Below, one piece after another: positions 27,101 to 41,186 of a DNA stretch of 64,000 bases. The notes beneath the pieces are model-generated. The model saw nothing but the letters and a program-made list of their open reading frames with translations, made no database searches and had not been told where the DNA came from. Source of the DNA: Nymphaea colorata (Eukaryota); assembly GCF_008831285.2 (NCBI RefSeq), contig NC_045138.2, positions 23,622,001-23,686,000 of the forward strand, in the 5' to 3' direction. Within the stretch, counting starts at the first letter, position 1, and every line of letters starts with the position of its first letter. The translations under genes and the position numbers were made by a program.

Positions 27101-28499
27101 TCTAAGGTTTCAAGACTTTGATCTGACATGATATCCAGCAGGTTTGCATGAGAAAACTCAGTTTTATATGCGAGAAATCTCTCTCGATTGTTCGTCTTCT
27201 TCTCCCTTTGCTATCTATGGTTCCTTCACTAGAAACATGTCAATCTGTGCTTTGTCTGAGGTTCTCTCTACGTTTTATGTATTTTGGCACAGAGAACGAT
27301 GGAAGGGGGAAAGACGACTTTGAGCCGCAGCCGTCGATAGACTCGTTGGACGACGGGTGCCATATGACCGCTCTCTGGTACTTTATTGATCTCGACTCTC
27401 CTGTTCTTTTTTGTTCTCCTTTTTTTTTGTCTGGTGACATCTGCTTCGTGTTCCGGCTGCGGTGAAGGTCTTCAAAGCTCATCCCCAAGCCTGCTTTAAA
27501 ATGGACTGATTAAGAAGGCGCTGGAAATCTTCGTCCCCCTCATCGTATTCACCATCAACGGAAAGGCTCTGAGATTTCCACCGACTGCAGGTTTCTCTAT
27601 CTCCCCTCTGCGATGAAGTAGATTCCCTGATTGCTTCAGATTTCTTGCCTCTAGTTGCTTGTGATTTTAATCCTCAGGCATCCAGTTTTTTGTTTCGCGA
27701 GGTTGTGATTCCCTGATTTCTTCCGTCTTTTGTTTTGCATCGTTGTGTTTTTAAGGGCTTTTATGTTATGTGACCGGAAAAGGGTGTTTTCCTTTTCTTG
27801 TGACCGTTTTCGAGCTTACACTATGTTCCAAGAATGAAAGCCAACAAGGTTTTGTTTTAAGGGAATTTGGCAGCAGAACAGTATTTCAGACATGAGCGGA
27901 TAGTGCATGATTTGCCATAATTCAAATTATTTTATAAGGACGATTTGTAAATCGCAAACGCAGGTGGTTTTATGGTGAGGTTGAGTAAATTTTCGAGAAA
28001 TCTTTGCTTTGAATGTGCGATTAGGAGCTTGGCATCACACTTGAAACGTTTTGCTGTTCAAGCTCTGTTTTAAGTTCTCTCGGTCATTAGTGAAATGGGT
28101 TTAGGACGACAGGTTTTGGACTTCTTTTTTTTTTTTGCTGACATGAAACTAAAATACGTCTGATTCTAGCTTCAGAATAAGCGTTTTTTGAAATAGTTCT
28201 GATGCAAAAATGAGGGTCTGACTAACTGCAGCATTAATTGCTTATTGCGTTTTTTTGAAATAGTTATGATGCTAATATGAGGGTCTGACTAGCAGGAGCA
28301 TTACATGCTTATATTCTGAATCTTCACCTTGACAGCAGTTTCAGGTGCAGTTTTCACTTCAGTATCATTGGAGTCGTCACCAATGTTTGTTAGCAGCATC
28401 TTGTTAGTGGGTTTCTGTCAGTGAGAAAACCACTTCAATGCTCGACAGAGGATAACCTTGTAGACAGCTCTTATGCATCTTATGGCAGATCTTTCATAT

Positions 28500-28512
28500 G
28501 TGTGTGTGTGTG

Positions 28513-28572
<60 letters not shown>
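28500..28572. repeat. (TG)n/(TA)n microsatellite
   Basis: Directly visible. Confidence 0.95.
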
Positions 28573-28576
<4 letters not shown>

Positions 28577-30086
28577 GGTTCCATACTTTAATTGTTAGGA
28601 AAGGATAGAGATTTTCTCTTTTTTCTGGTCAAAATTGTTCAGTTTTAAATTAGAATGGTGCACCCTTGATAACTTCAGGTACTTACATCCAAATTGTTGT
28701 TCTATGTTTTCTTACGGCTATATACAAATCAGTATCAAAACCTTGATTTTTCACTTGCATGGGAAGCACTTTATAAGATACTTGTATCCAAATTATTGTT
28801 CTATCAATTCTTTATCAACATATTTTAGATTTGTTTCTCTTGTTATTTGTGTTATTCATGCAATGTGTGCTTGTGTTGTATCTTCATCTTGGTTGCAAGC
28901 ATAATGAAGTAGAAATGTTTTATGTTTTTGATCTTCTTGCATGTAAGTATAGTTTGATGTGATTTTGACAGATCTTCATGTCAATAAGAAAAATTGTCTT
29001 TGAGAATTATTTTTCTACTTTTTTTTTTATAGAAACTGTTCTGAATTGTTAAAAAAATTGTAAATTTTGGTCTCCTGAAATCCTCTATTTTTTTTATAGA
29101 GCTAACTAGCGCTTAGTTTTGGTATCATCTCTTTACAATATATTGTCTTTTTAACCCGGGGTTGTAAACCTATTGGAACTGGAGAAGTCTGCCCTTGTTT
29201 TAGAACAAGTCAGCTATACTTTCGCTTTGTGGATTGGAATCTGAATTTGGGTCTGATTTTTGGTATGAAGTTTCTCTAGTATCACTAATGTCAGCCCACA
29301 AAATTTCAGGATTCAGCCTTCCCTTTTGGGAGCAAAGTTCATTCCTCCTCGTGATATAGCATTTGATGTCAAGAACTTTGATAAAAGAGAAAATCTTCAA
29401 TTCTATTTAAAAATGTTTTAAAAGTGTTTTCCCACACAACGATAATGCCTTTGCTTTATTCGTGGTACCTTCTCGAGTAAAAGGAGAATTTCAAGTTTCT
29501 GTTGTCAATTGATAGAAGAGGAAACCTGAAAAAGTTTTGGATATGAGCAGTAAGGAAAAATCATATGAAGCTGAGAAATTAAGATTAGGAAATGCTATTG
29601 ACTTTGATAATTAAGCATCTAAAAGGATTTAACATGATCCTAAGAGAGAAGCCATAATGCTCTGTAAGATCTTGGCAGGTAGCAAAATGAGAGTTGAGAG
29701 ATGGGCTCGGGGCTTGTGTAGTCGTTCCTCTGAGTCATAAATCAAGAGTACCGGGTAGGCATATAGGTGATTTAGTTTATTCCGCGAAAATGACGACTTA
29801 TGAACCTTTGGCATGTCGATAACCCGTAAGTTGAAGCGGGTTGGAGACGTGACAAAGCTACACATAACCACCAAAGTGGTGGAGCTTCGTAGTAGCCTTT
29901 GGGGTGGTGAGGTATTCCCTCAAAGGTGAAGGTCGGCCTTAAAAAAAAAAAATCAAAGGCAAGAAAAAAAAAAATCAAAATGCAAAAGAAAGAACGAAAT
30001 GAAAAAACAAGAAAAAAAACGCAAAAGGTGCCTGCCAAGAGATGAAAGATATGAAGGCTGAATTCTTAAGGATTGAATGTGACAAT

Positions 30087-33000
30087 CTTTTCGTGGATGT
30101 ATGATTCTGGGTTCAATATCAGCACCTTTTTTTATTATCTAAGAAGTCGAGGATGATTCCTTTATGTTCATATTTTGGAAATTGAAAGGCATCCCTTCTA
30201 GAGCATCGACAACATTGATGCAAAATGAAACCCGATGCTTATACGGTACTATTTGTAAATGAAGGCCATATTATTTGCACAACACAAGCACTCAAACTTA
30301 TGAGTTAAATTAATCATTTTTAAACTATTTCAAAGTAAAACCTTGACATCTCTTATCATGTTTCCAGGCTTCCTAGGGGTATGAAGATTTAACCAATCTC
30401 CATTTGGCCTTGAAAAATATTTGGTCATTTTATTACCAAACTGCTAGTCCATACGTGGAATAGAAGAAGCCCCTCAAACCTAGTCCATCATGTTGAGTGT
30501 GGCAAATTCTCCATTGTGCACCTGTTTCATGACAACCTGGTTTTGCATAACCTGGCAAGGCTTTTTTTTTTTTTTTTGGGGGGGGGGAGTGTCAAACTGT
30601 TGTAGGTTTGCAGGTGTGTTTTGCACTGTTGTTTCTCATCTTGCTGATAATCTTGTTGTCCTTATTCAAAGGTAACAGTTAATGATCTATGTCTTCTGTC
30701 TTCTTGAGCTTTCTATTTTCCTCGTTTTGGTGGTCATCATTTGTTCACTTGTCTATTAGCTAGTTGCAGAAATAGCTCTTAGGTGAACTCTGTCCATTTG
30801 GTGGTCATCATTTGTTCACTTGTCTATTAGATAGTTCCCCTTCTGTTGCCCCACCCATTATGAGTTTTGGTATGAAAGGTCTATGACACAAAATGCAAAG
30901 GAGGAGAAATTCCCCATTTATATGCACTTCTGGCCTGGGTTCATCTTTGACCGCAGGACTTCAAGGTGCTTGTATTGTTACATCTGCTAGTTTAATCACA
31001 ACATCCAGGTTTGGATTTTACAATCCCTTGTTGATCAGTTGATAGGAAGTCCATTATCACAGACAGAAAAGGGAATAAATAGAGTAGCAAACAAGGAAAT
31101 CTTGATACATTTAAGTACATATTTGTTTGATGTAAATGTGAAAGCGAATTTTGATTTGCATGACCTTTAACTGAGTGAGGATGCAAATATGAATGGCTTA
31201 GACTGGTATTCAACTCAGGCTTTCCCATGTCCAATCTACTTATTTCAGATTCAGGTGAGGACATGGTTCTAAATGTTGATACTAAATTCTGCTTCAACTG
31301 GGTTGAAATTTGAAAATTTACATGGGGATGAGATCCTTGTTGCATCATCAACATGTATCCAGGACATGACACAACAAACTGAATACAGATCCTGTCATCT
31401 TGGTTCTGTTTCTAAGCTAGCGAGGAGGACTCAGATCAGTGAGTGAAAACAGACCATTGACATCCCTACTGGACTGGCTGCAGGTCCGACTTGTTGGTGG
31501 TCCTGGCTGTAGTCTATGCAGTTGAAAATCTAGCTGGTGTACAGTTAGATGGAACCTAAAAGCTCGTTCCATTTTAATTTTTCATAGTGTAAAATACTCT
31601 GCTGTCCGGTGGTTGCCAATTTGTCTCAACTTGTTTTCTTATGAAGGCAAGACTGTATCCTTGTTATTTCCTTTTAAGGTTTGCTTAGGAAACGGTTTGA
31701 TGAGTGTTCTTGTGGATGTATGTTGGTTTTGGAACAGCCAATTACAAAAGTGTACTTTCTTTCTGCACAGTAGTTTGATATAGTTTTCTACTGCAAAATC
31801 AAGTTTTTATTTGTATTTGTAACAATGTTATGGCATCCAAATCGATTCGTGTGAGTTTACCTAGATCTTGGCAGACTAATGCTGGCTGCAAAAATTGTCT
31901 TTGCTGTAGGCATTAGGTAGGCAATGACTTGTACAAAGATAGACAAGTAGTATCTTTGTTTGTTTGTACCTTCTGTTTATTTGCATTGGTAGGAAGAAAC
32001 TGCAACAAAGTCTCCTGACCAGACCTGCAGGAACAAATTCCAAAACTGTGGATTCTTGGTTGACTTTACTTGGATAATTGATTTGTTTGGCTTCCCAAGA
32101 TCTTTCGTGGATGTATGATTCTGGGTTCAATATCAGCTCCTTTTTTTATTATCTAAGTAGTCGAGGATGATTCCTTTATGTTCATATTTTAGAAATTGAA
32201 AGGCATCCCTTCTAGAGCATCGGCAACATTGATGCGCAATGAAACCCGATGCTTGTACGGTACTATGTGTAAATGAAGACCATATTATTTGCACAACACA
32301 AGCACTCAAGCTTATGAGTTAAATTAATCATTTTTAAACTATTTCAAAGTAAAACCTTGACATCTCTTATCATGTTTCCAGGCTTCCTAGGGGTATGAGG
32401 ATTTAACCAATCTCCATTTGGTCTTGAAAAATATTTGGTCATTTTATTACCAAACTGCTAGTCCATACATGGAATAGAAGAAGCCCCTCAAACCTAGTCT
32501 GTCATGTTGAGTGTGGCAAATTCTCCATTGTTTCCTTTGTCTCAGGAGAGGTAGACCATTTGGGACCAGATATGAAACTTGACCTATTATTCCTTCTTAA
32601 TGAGTGTCTTCAATCTGCATAACCTGGACTTAGGGTATTTTTTCTCAAAAGCATTGGTTGATTTGAATGTTGACGTTTTTTGAAAAGTTGACTAGTCTTG
32701 TTTCTCAGTTAAAAGTTGACTAGTCTTGTTTCTTAGTTAGGTATTTCACATGTCCAGCATAGGTAAATGTTATTGGTTTGATTTGTTTTCAATAGGATCA
32801 TATTCTGGTTTAGTTAGACTTTTTTTAGTTTTGTTGAGTTGGGCAATTGTTGGTTAGATTTTATAGTAGTTCATTCTTTTTCTTTTTCTTTTTCTTTTTT
32901 TCTGCTTTAGTGGTTTTCTAACATAGTGCTTGCCTTGTCGTGTTTAGTTCTCACTCTCATTGTGGCTTGGGTTGTTTAGGAGCCTTGTTGACTTTGTTAA

Positions 33001-34660
33001 TTGGTTTTCATTTTTCAATGTCTTTACTTGTTTTTTTGATAAATAAAATCTGAAAAAGTTCATGGGTCTGCTGGTTGTGTTGCGCGCTGATATGGTAATT
33101 AGGAGAAATTGTTTTCAAAACATCCTTTTCAGGATGTTTGACTGTGCACCAGTTTCATGACAACCTGGTTTTGCATTACCTGGCAAGGGTTTTTTTTTTT
33201 TGGGGATAATCTTGTTGTCCTTCTTCAGAGGTAACAGTTAATGATCTATGTCTTCTGTCTTCTTGAGCTTTCTATTTTCCTCGTTTTGGTGGTCATCATT
33301 TGTTCACTTGTCTATTAGCTAGTTGCAGAAATAGCTCTTAGGTGAACTCTGTCCATTTGGTGGTCATCATTTGTTCACTTGTCTATTAGATAGTTCCCCT
33401 TCTGTTGCCCCACCTATTATGATTTTTGGTATGAAAGGTCTATGACACAAAATGCAAAGGAGGAGAAATTCCCCATTTATATGCACTTCCGGCCTGGGTT
33501 CATCTTTGAACGCAGGACTTCAAGGTGCCTGTATTGTTACATCTGCTAGTTTAATCACAACATCCAGGTTTGGATTTTACAATCCCTTGTTTATCAGTTG
33601 ATAGGAAGTTCATTATCACAGACAGAAAAGGGAATAAATAGAGTAGCAAACAAGGAAATCTTGATACATTTAAGTACAGATTTGTTTGATGTAAATGTGA
33701 AAGCTAATTTTGATTTGCATGACCTTTAACTGAGTGAGGATGCGAATATGAATGGCTTAGACTGGTATTCAACTCAGGCTTTCCCATGTCCAATCTACTT
33801 ATTTCATATTCAGGTGAGGACATGGTTCTAAATGTTGGTACGAAATTCTGCTTCAACTGGGTTGAAATTTGAAAATTTACATGGGGATGGGATCATTGTT
33901 GCATCATGAACATGTATCCAGGACACGACACAACAAACTGAATACAGATCCTGTCATCTTGGTTCTATTTCTAAGCTAGGGAGGAGGACTCAGATCAGTG
34001 AGTGAAAACAGACCATTGCATCCCTACTGGACTGGCTGCAGGTCCGGCTTGTTGGTGGTCCTGGCTGTAGTCTATGCAGTTGAAAATCTAGCTGGTCTAC
34101 AGTTAGATGGAACCTAAAAGCTCGTTCCATTTTAATTTTTCATAGTGTAAAATACTTTGCTGTCTGGTGGTTGCCAATTTGACTCAACTTGTTTTCTTAT
34201 GAAGGCAAGACTGTATCCTTGTTATTTCCTTTTAAGGTTTGCTTAGGAAACGATTTGATGAGTGTTCTTGTGGATGTCTGTTGGTTTTGGAACAGCCAAT
34301 TAGAAAAGTGTACTTTTCTTCTGGACAGTAGTTTGATATAGTTTTCTACTGCAAAATCAAGTTTTTATTTGTGTTTGTAACAATGTTATGGCATCCAAAT
34401 CGATTCGTGTGAGTTTACCTAGATCTTGGCAGACTAATGCTGGCTGCAAAAATTGTCTTTGCTGTAGGCATTAGGTAGGCAATGACTTATACAAAGATAG
34501 ACAAGTAGTATCTTTGTTTGTTTGTACTTTCTGTTTATTTGCATTGGTAGGAAGAAACTGCAACAAAGTCTCCTGACCAGACCTGCAGGAACAAATTCCA
34601 AAACTGTGCATTCTTGGTTGACTTTACTCGGATAATTGATTTGTTTGGCTTCCCAAGATC
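30087..34660 (+). repeat. Tandem segmental duplication: copy A ~30087-32100, copy B ~32101-34660
   Basis: Both copies start tcttt(t)cgtggatgtatgattctgggttcaatatcagc and end ggcttcccaagatct; copy B carries an extra ~610 bp (~32531-33143). Confidence 0.92.
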
Positions 34661-37371
34661 TGTTACCCTTTGTGTCTAACTTAATTTTATTGCATGGAAT
34701 CTGATTTGACCCAGTGGTTGCAAAATTCATGTTGAACACAGTCATAGAGTACTTTTGCTATAAATTTCTGAGAAAATACGTATATGAGCAGAAATCGCTT
34801 GGAGCAAACAGACAAGTTTCCAGCAATTAATTGATCTAGCTATTACATGAATTGAGTTAGGATTTTAGGTTTGATATCTATTATTGTATGCATTAGAAAC
34901 CTTAAATCAAGAGTGGTTTGGCCTCTTTCACAATTTTTCAAATTTGTTTATTTTCAGTTGCCTTCTACCCTAGGTCCAGTTACTTTAGAGAGCAGTGATT
35001 TCTCTTAATTTCCTTTTTAGAATTTGGAATATTTCAAGGCACTCGTGAAAAGGCTTGTACTTTTTGGTTTTTCGTTTTCTTTTTTTTTAGTTTGTGTGTG
35101 TGTGTGTATTGTATTGTAGTTAGAGAGCAACTGTTCAACTTGGCTAGCAAATATAGGTTCACTTCTTCATTTTCTTGGTGAGTTTCTGTTCATATTTTTT
35201 TTAAATTGCTTCTTTTTGGTTTGAACTCTCTAATTATTGAGTTTAACATGCAAGGAAGGTGCAATTAGATAGGTGGGATAGAATCGAATAATCTAGTTGT
35301 GTTTGATTTTTTAGTTTGATTGTTTTTTATTTTATGTCAGAAAGCACAAGGATTTGTTGAGACTGTTGTAGCTTGGAAGATTACCAGTTGGGTCTCGGTT
35401 GGCTTGAGGCTAAACAGGTATGAAATGGGTATGTATACTATCTTCTCATTCTTCAACCTACTTTAAGAGGTACAATTTATCCCTTTGTCTGTGGCCTACA
35501 TGTGTATTTTTATGCAAGTTTGTTTTGTGTAAGCAAAACTATAAGGTGCTATTATTTCAAATTCAAACCCCAACTCTCTTTTCAAATTGGGTAAATGCAG
35601 TTGATGTTTCATATGAGTGAGTCGTATTTAAAAAAAAAAACGAAAACAAACCATTTGCGATTCTTTGCACATGGGTTGATATGAGGTGTCAACCAATAGA
35701 AGCCTCTTATGAACCTAAGTCAGAAGACCTTCCGTCAGCCCTTCTTTTGTAATGAGGGGTAAATATGAGTTGATAACCAATAATTCACCACATGTTGGAT
35801 CCTATAGCTCCAAGCCTTAGTAGTGAAAGACTTGGGAATGATTTTTGGAAGCTAAAGAATAAAAAAAACTTATGGTAGGGCCTGTTTACTGCATATCTGA
35901 GATCCACGGGAATGTAAGATCACTGGTAATCTCAAATCCGTGGATTTGAGGTTGCAACTATGCGGCCCCCCCTAAAAAAAAAAAATCCGACCTCAAACCC
36001 ATGGTTTTTTTTTTTTTGCATGTAATGTGAATTGAGCTAGTGAGATCCCTTGTTTGTTTTTATAAGGATGCCACATTTCAGTCTCAAATATGAGATATGA
36101 AGCTATGAGCATTTGAGAAGATGGAAGGTCCCTTTCATAAGATGGTCCATTGCTCCTATGGTATAGAGAGGGTTAGTATCAATGTTAAGTTTGCAACAGA
36201 ATGCCTAAAGAAGCTTTGCAGGGTAATATACCGAAGTTCACTGCTTGGGCAAAGGTGGAGTCCTCACTCGATTTGCCATGAAAGGAGATATGTCAGAAGT
36301 TCTAAAACAAATGATGTAGAGAGTTGTAGGGAATTTCCTTGAATGCACACAATGGAAATTCTCTCGGTAGAATCTTCCTTCAAGCTCTCAATATGGAGAC
36401 AACTCTCAAGACTCTTACACGTTACCTTTATGGCAGAACCAGTGCAATGGTCGATAAGGAACTAGGCACCCTTGCATCCCAAGGTATGAATAGCTTCATC
36501 AAAATATTTGAAAGAGTTCAATAAACATTACAGACGTGATTTTGTGTGGAGGAGCCATATTTATGGTTCAATCTGTATGCATCTGAGTTAAAAGGTAATC
36601 ATGCATCTGGGTTAAAGGTAATCAGAAGCTATTTCTGGCTGAAAGCGCAGTGGAGAAAGCAGCTCAAAAGAGCTGTAAGACACTGCATCTGCTGTGGGTA
36701 TGCCAGGTAACGAGGCTTGATCATGATCATGGTAGGGTGATCTTCTTTGAATGTAGCCATGTTGTGGATACATTATTTTTAAGATTTTTTTTTTTTTGAC
36801 TTTCAAAGAACGGAGACATATATAAAAAATATAGACTAGATTTCTAGAACAGGTTCTTAGCAGCTTGAATGATCCCTTGAAGATTTTTATGATCTCCAAC
36901 CACAAGAACTGAAGCTGGTGGCTGAACAGTTGCCTAGAGGGGCAGGCATGTCCTGCAAAGGGAGTACTCTTCAATCAATAGTTTTCTCTTCTTTAGTCTT
37001 CAATCAGTAATGCTGCCTGCTGCTTTAGAAATGAGGGCTTTGCTCGTGATGTGACACCTTCTAGGTGCAGTAGCTGGAAGTAGATCGTCTGTCTCTAGGA
37101 GAACCAGCCCAGTCCGCATCTGAGTTTTTGGGCTATGATGCGTAAGGAGCAAAGCCCCCAGCGACCCTCACGCTTCGCTTTGCGAGTGCTTTGTGGGCTT
37201 TGAACATTTGATAGTCAAAGCACTTGCAAAGAGGGCTTTGCGAGTGACGTGACGTTCCCTCACGCCATTGAAAGTTGCGAGGGCTTTTTGGTCTTTTGCT
37301 AATATAAGAACGTGAAGTTGGAGGGAACTTGGAACAGTTAGAAGCAATCTGTTGTGGCAAGATCTAGTGCC

Positions 37372-37693
37372 AGAGCTATGGTGCTTACTGCCTGTGAACT
37401 AACTTGGTGAACAACTCTCATGACAGAGGTTGGGGTCAATGTGAAACCTCCTATGGACATGCACTGTGATAATCTGGCAGCGATACAGATTTCCTCCAAC
37501 CCAGTCTTCCATGAGGAGAGGACAATGAATATGGAAGTAGACTGTCATTTTGTGAGAGACAAGGTAACTACAAAGGCCGTATGAGAAGTCTCAGTTGGCT
37601 GATATGTTTCTGTTTACTAAAGCTCTTGGGAAAAAAAGGCTACAGGATTGGGCAAGCTTGGCATGATTTTTTTCATGCTCCAGCTTTAGGGGG
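37372..37693 (+). mobile_element. Degenerate Ty1/copia RNase H fragment with PPT
   Basis: RAMVLTACELTW...MHCDNLAAIQISSNPVFHE..EVDCHFVRDK..QLADMF..FTKALG, followed by ttaggggga. Confidence 0.8.
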
Positions 37694-38809
37694 ACAAGTC
37701 AAAGTCTTCTAAATGAAGGGCGCGAGCTTGTCATTAATTCAACATGCTGAGGATCCGAAGCTACTTTTGTAATTGTTGTATCTAACCCTTTCTAACTAAT
37801 GAAAAGTAGAGCTGGGCGTGTGATTATAATGATCCCCACAAAACCTCTCTTTTTATGAGTTAACAAAGTAGAGCTATTTGATGATTGGTAGAGGAGTCAG
37901 GGCTCAGAGTGAGTCAATTGTCACCCCCAAAGATGTCTTATGGTACGGATAATCATATGAAAAAAATGGATTCTTTTGTCTCCATACATAGGGGCCTCCC
38001 AACGTCATCAAGACACGACCGCTCATAGAGACGCGCTTTTTCTTCTTGCGACACGAAACTCTGATTCTCATACGCAAAGAGTCAGTGATGATGTGGAGTG
38101 AATGAAGGTTTGACATCATTGAACACTCTTTCTGCGGACTTTCTAACGACTAGGTTTCAAGAACCTGTTGTGGTGTTTGATAGTCCAGGATGAAGACTCT
38201 TCTGGACGGATGGACCTTAGTGTAGAGAAGAGTTTCAAGGGCGCAAGCCTGGGGAACAAGGAAATGTATATCGACACTTGCCTACACTGCTCGTTTAGTT
38301 GTCCTTTGGGTTAGTGGGCTATGACTATGATAATTGGTCATTCATTATCCACTTGGTGTGGGCAAAGAGTGTCATGCGGGAAGAAAAAAGGCTGATGTGC
38401 GATTCCAGTAGCTGGATGAAGAGAAATAGAGATAGGTGCTGGCCTGGCTGTGATCGGTACTGCTTCCCCACCCGGTTAGGCGAAGATGGCGCTAGCGCCG
38501 GGTGGAAAACCATTCTTCTATGTTGAAGTCTAATAGCACAGTGTGTGGATAGTGAGGAACGATCAAACGTTTTATGGGGGCCGGCCTACCTACCAAAGCA
38601 AGCAAAAGCACTACAATATAAGACCGTTGATCTAGATTCGAGCGAGTGGAATGACGACCACATATCTCTGCCTCACCAACTCTATATAAGACCATCAGGA
38701 TGGCAGGTTCGGGGCATCGCCAGTTCAACCATCTGCCCCCTTTTCTCTGTTTCCATCACCTCTCTCCTTCTCTTCCTTATGTCATTCTTCCTCACTCTTC
38801 CCCCATTTG

Positions 38810-38821
38810 TGGTATCAGAGC
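38810..38821 (+). promoter_or_regulatory. tRNA-iMet primer binding site of the EPRV
   Basis: tggtatcagagc; a ctatataag TATA-like box lies upstream at ~38682. Confidence 0.85.
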
Positions 38822-38859
38822 TTGTTTATTGTACTAATTAAGACTGATATAGAAGTCTC

Positions 38860-38925
38860 ATGGATTCTATTCCAGAGACAATGAGCAATGTATCGTCAAT
38901 TTCTGAAGAAGTTGATGAAATCTCT
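38860..38925 (+). CDS. EPRV leader mini-exon MDSIPETMSNVSSISEEVDEIS (putative spliced start of ORF4)
   Basis: 22 codons from ATG, then the consensus donor TCT|GTAAGT in phase 0. Confidence 0.5.
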
Positions 38926-39286
38926 GTAAGTATGGTTTATCCAAGTACTGAATAAAGTGTTTGTTTTCCTTAAGAGCATGTGTTAGTATTTTGACTACCA
39001 AGCATGTGTAGAGTAGTTTTATTTTCTGTCAGTTGTACTAGTTAAATTTGCCAAAGTTCGACTATATGATTACATGGTAAAAGAGGAGATCTGACTGTGT
39101 TGTCCCAAGAGGGAAAGACCCCAGACGAGTACCCACAAAGGCAGAGGCCGATCGGGGAAAGTGAGATGGTCATGTCATGAGGGAAACATAGAAAGAAGAT
39201 TCTTAAGCCTAGTATGTCATATAGAGGACAATGGTTATTTAATTTTCAGCAACAACGGATAGATCATAGGACACAATAGCACATAC

Positions 39287-41186
39287 TTGTTAATGAAAAT
39301 ACTCGAACTACTTGAACAGGAAAACTTCTCACTCGATATGGAAAAAACTGAATTGGGAAAAATTCTACAAGATATAGAACTAGTATTAGAAAATAAAAAA
39401 AGAATAAGTAAACAACTGAATGATATTTTGAAAAATATGAACCAGAAAAAAATACAAACTATAGAAAGAGAGCCAGAAAAACTCTATATTTCGGACCAAA
39501 TAGTTAAACGAGAAATAAAATATATAACAGCAATATATAACCAGGATTTAATTACAGGAAGAGTTATAACAGAATCATTCATATGAATAATATAGAACAT
39601 GAAATAGATTCAAAGAAAACCTTTGTGTTTGGACAGAGATGCCAAGGAAATTTTTAGAAATAAAACAGGATGATATGTATTTGATACTTGATGAAGAAGA
39701 AATGAATACAGAAACAGTATTAGATAGAATCAAAAGACTTAATGAAGAAAATAGGCCTAAACTTAAAAATAAGTGGTACAGAAATAAACAAGAAGAGGGA
39801 CTACAACAAAATAATACAGAACGATTGGAAGCAAAAATGGATAGAATGATAGATCTGTTAGAAAAATTGATAGAAAAAATAGACCAGAAATTTGAGCAAA
39901 TAAATAAAAAATTAGACAAAATAAATGTTGATAAAAAAATAAATATGCTAGAAATAAACTTATGAACCTAGCATAACTTATACCGAATTAATGGAAAAAG
40001 AACAAATTGAAGAAGTTAACATGAATACAACACCGAAAGAAGGTATTAAGATAAAAGAAGAATATACATCAGGGTCAAGAACATATAAAGGAAATCCAAC
40101 AAGGAATAGACATTATGATGACTATAGTAAAAATGAAAGGATGGAAAGAATATGGCAATCAAGATTAAAAGACAAAATAGAAGAAAAAGAATGGAAACAA
40201 GGTATACTAAACTTAGATAAAACAGGCAATATATTAATACTATTACAAATATGAAAAGCTGAAATGAGCAAACATATTACAGAAAGTAAAATAGAACTAA
40301 AAAACGTACCAGCCTACATTGAAAATTCATTTGTAGGAAATATCTATCTATGGTTTGATCAACTACCAACCACTTCAAAAAAATCCTTAAGAGCCGAAAC
40401 AGATAGTCAAGGAACCATGACTACTAATCCTTTAGATATACTAAAGAAATATTTAGCATCAATTAAAGCCGAATTTTCACATTCAAACATAGAAAAAATA
40501 TATGATAACCAGATGAAAATAACAGCAAGACAAAATATTTTAAATTTAACTATATGTGACATGTGTTACTTAGAAGAATATATACAGCTGTTTAGTAAAT
40601 ATTTTTACCAATCAAGTATAACAGTAGAAGAAAAACCACGATACTTAGACCTATTCTTTTCAAAATTACCACCAATAATATATGAACAAGTAATTAAAAC
40701 GTTCCAAGACAATAAACCGAAAGAAGATACACTAGGATCAAGAATAGAATTTCTAAGAACATGGTTTAAAAAAATGTGTGAAGAACATATAAAATCAAAA
40801 AAATTAAAATTAATCATACAATCACCATATAAATGCTGTGAAGAACAGTTGGCACCCCAATTAGGATGCAAAACATTTTATAAACCAAAAGGATACAAGA
40901 AATATAGAAAATTAAAACACTATTACAAAAAATATAAGAAATATAAACAAAAATATCCAAAACGAAGATATTATGTAAAAAATAAGAATAAATATCCCAG
41001 AAAAACTTCAAGTTGCAAATGTTATAATTGTGGAAAAATTGGCCATATAGCAAAAGAATGTAGACAAAAAATAAAAGAAAAGTTAATAAATATTATAGAC
41101 GATGACTATATAAATATCGAAAAACTAAGTGATACAGATATTTCTGAACATGAAACTATGAAAAAGATAGCGAATCAGATGAGTGA
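39287..41186 (+). pseudogene. EPRV coat protein (ORF1), fragmented
   Basis: ORF pieces at 39287, 39639, 39991 and 40264; LTICDMCYLEEY, FFSKLP, DTLGSRIEFL, K/Y-rich tract and CYNCGKIGHIAKEC knuckle (~41020-41061); whether the first pieces belong to ORF1 is uncertain. Confidence 0.85.

Noticed and set aside
39075..39190. Structured leader segment as a possible hammerhead ribozyme
   Set aside because: Lacks the CUGANGA/GAAA core in a proper arrangement
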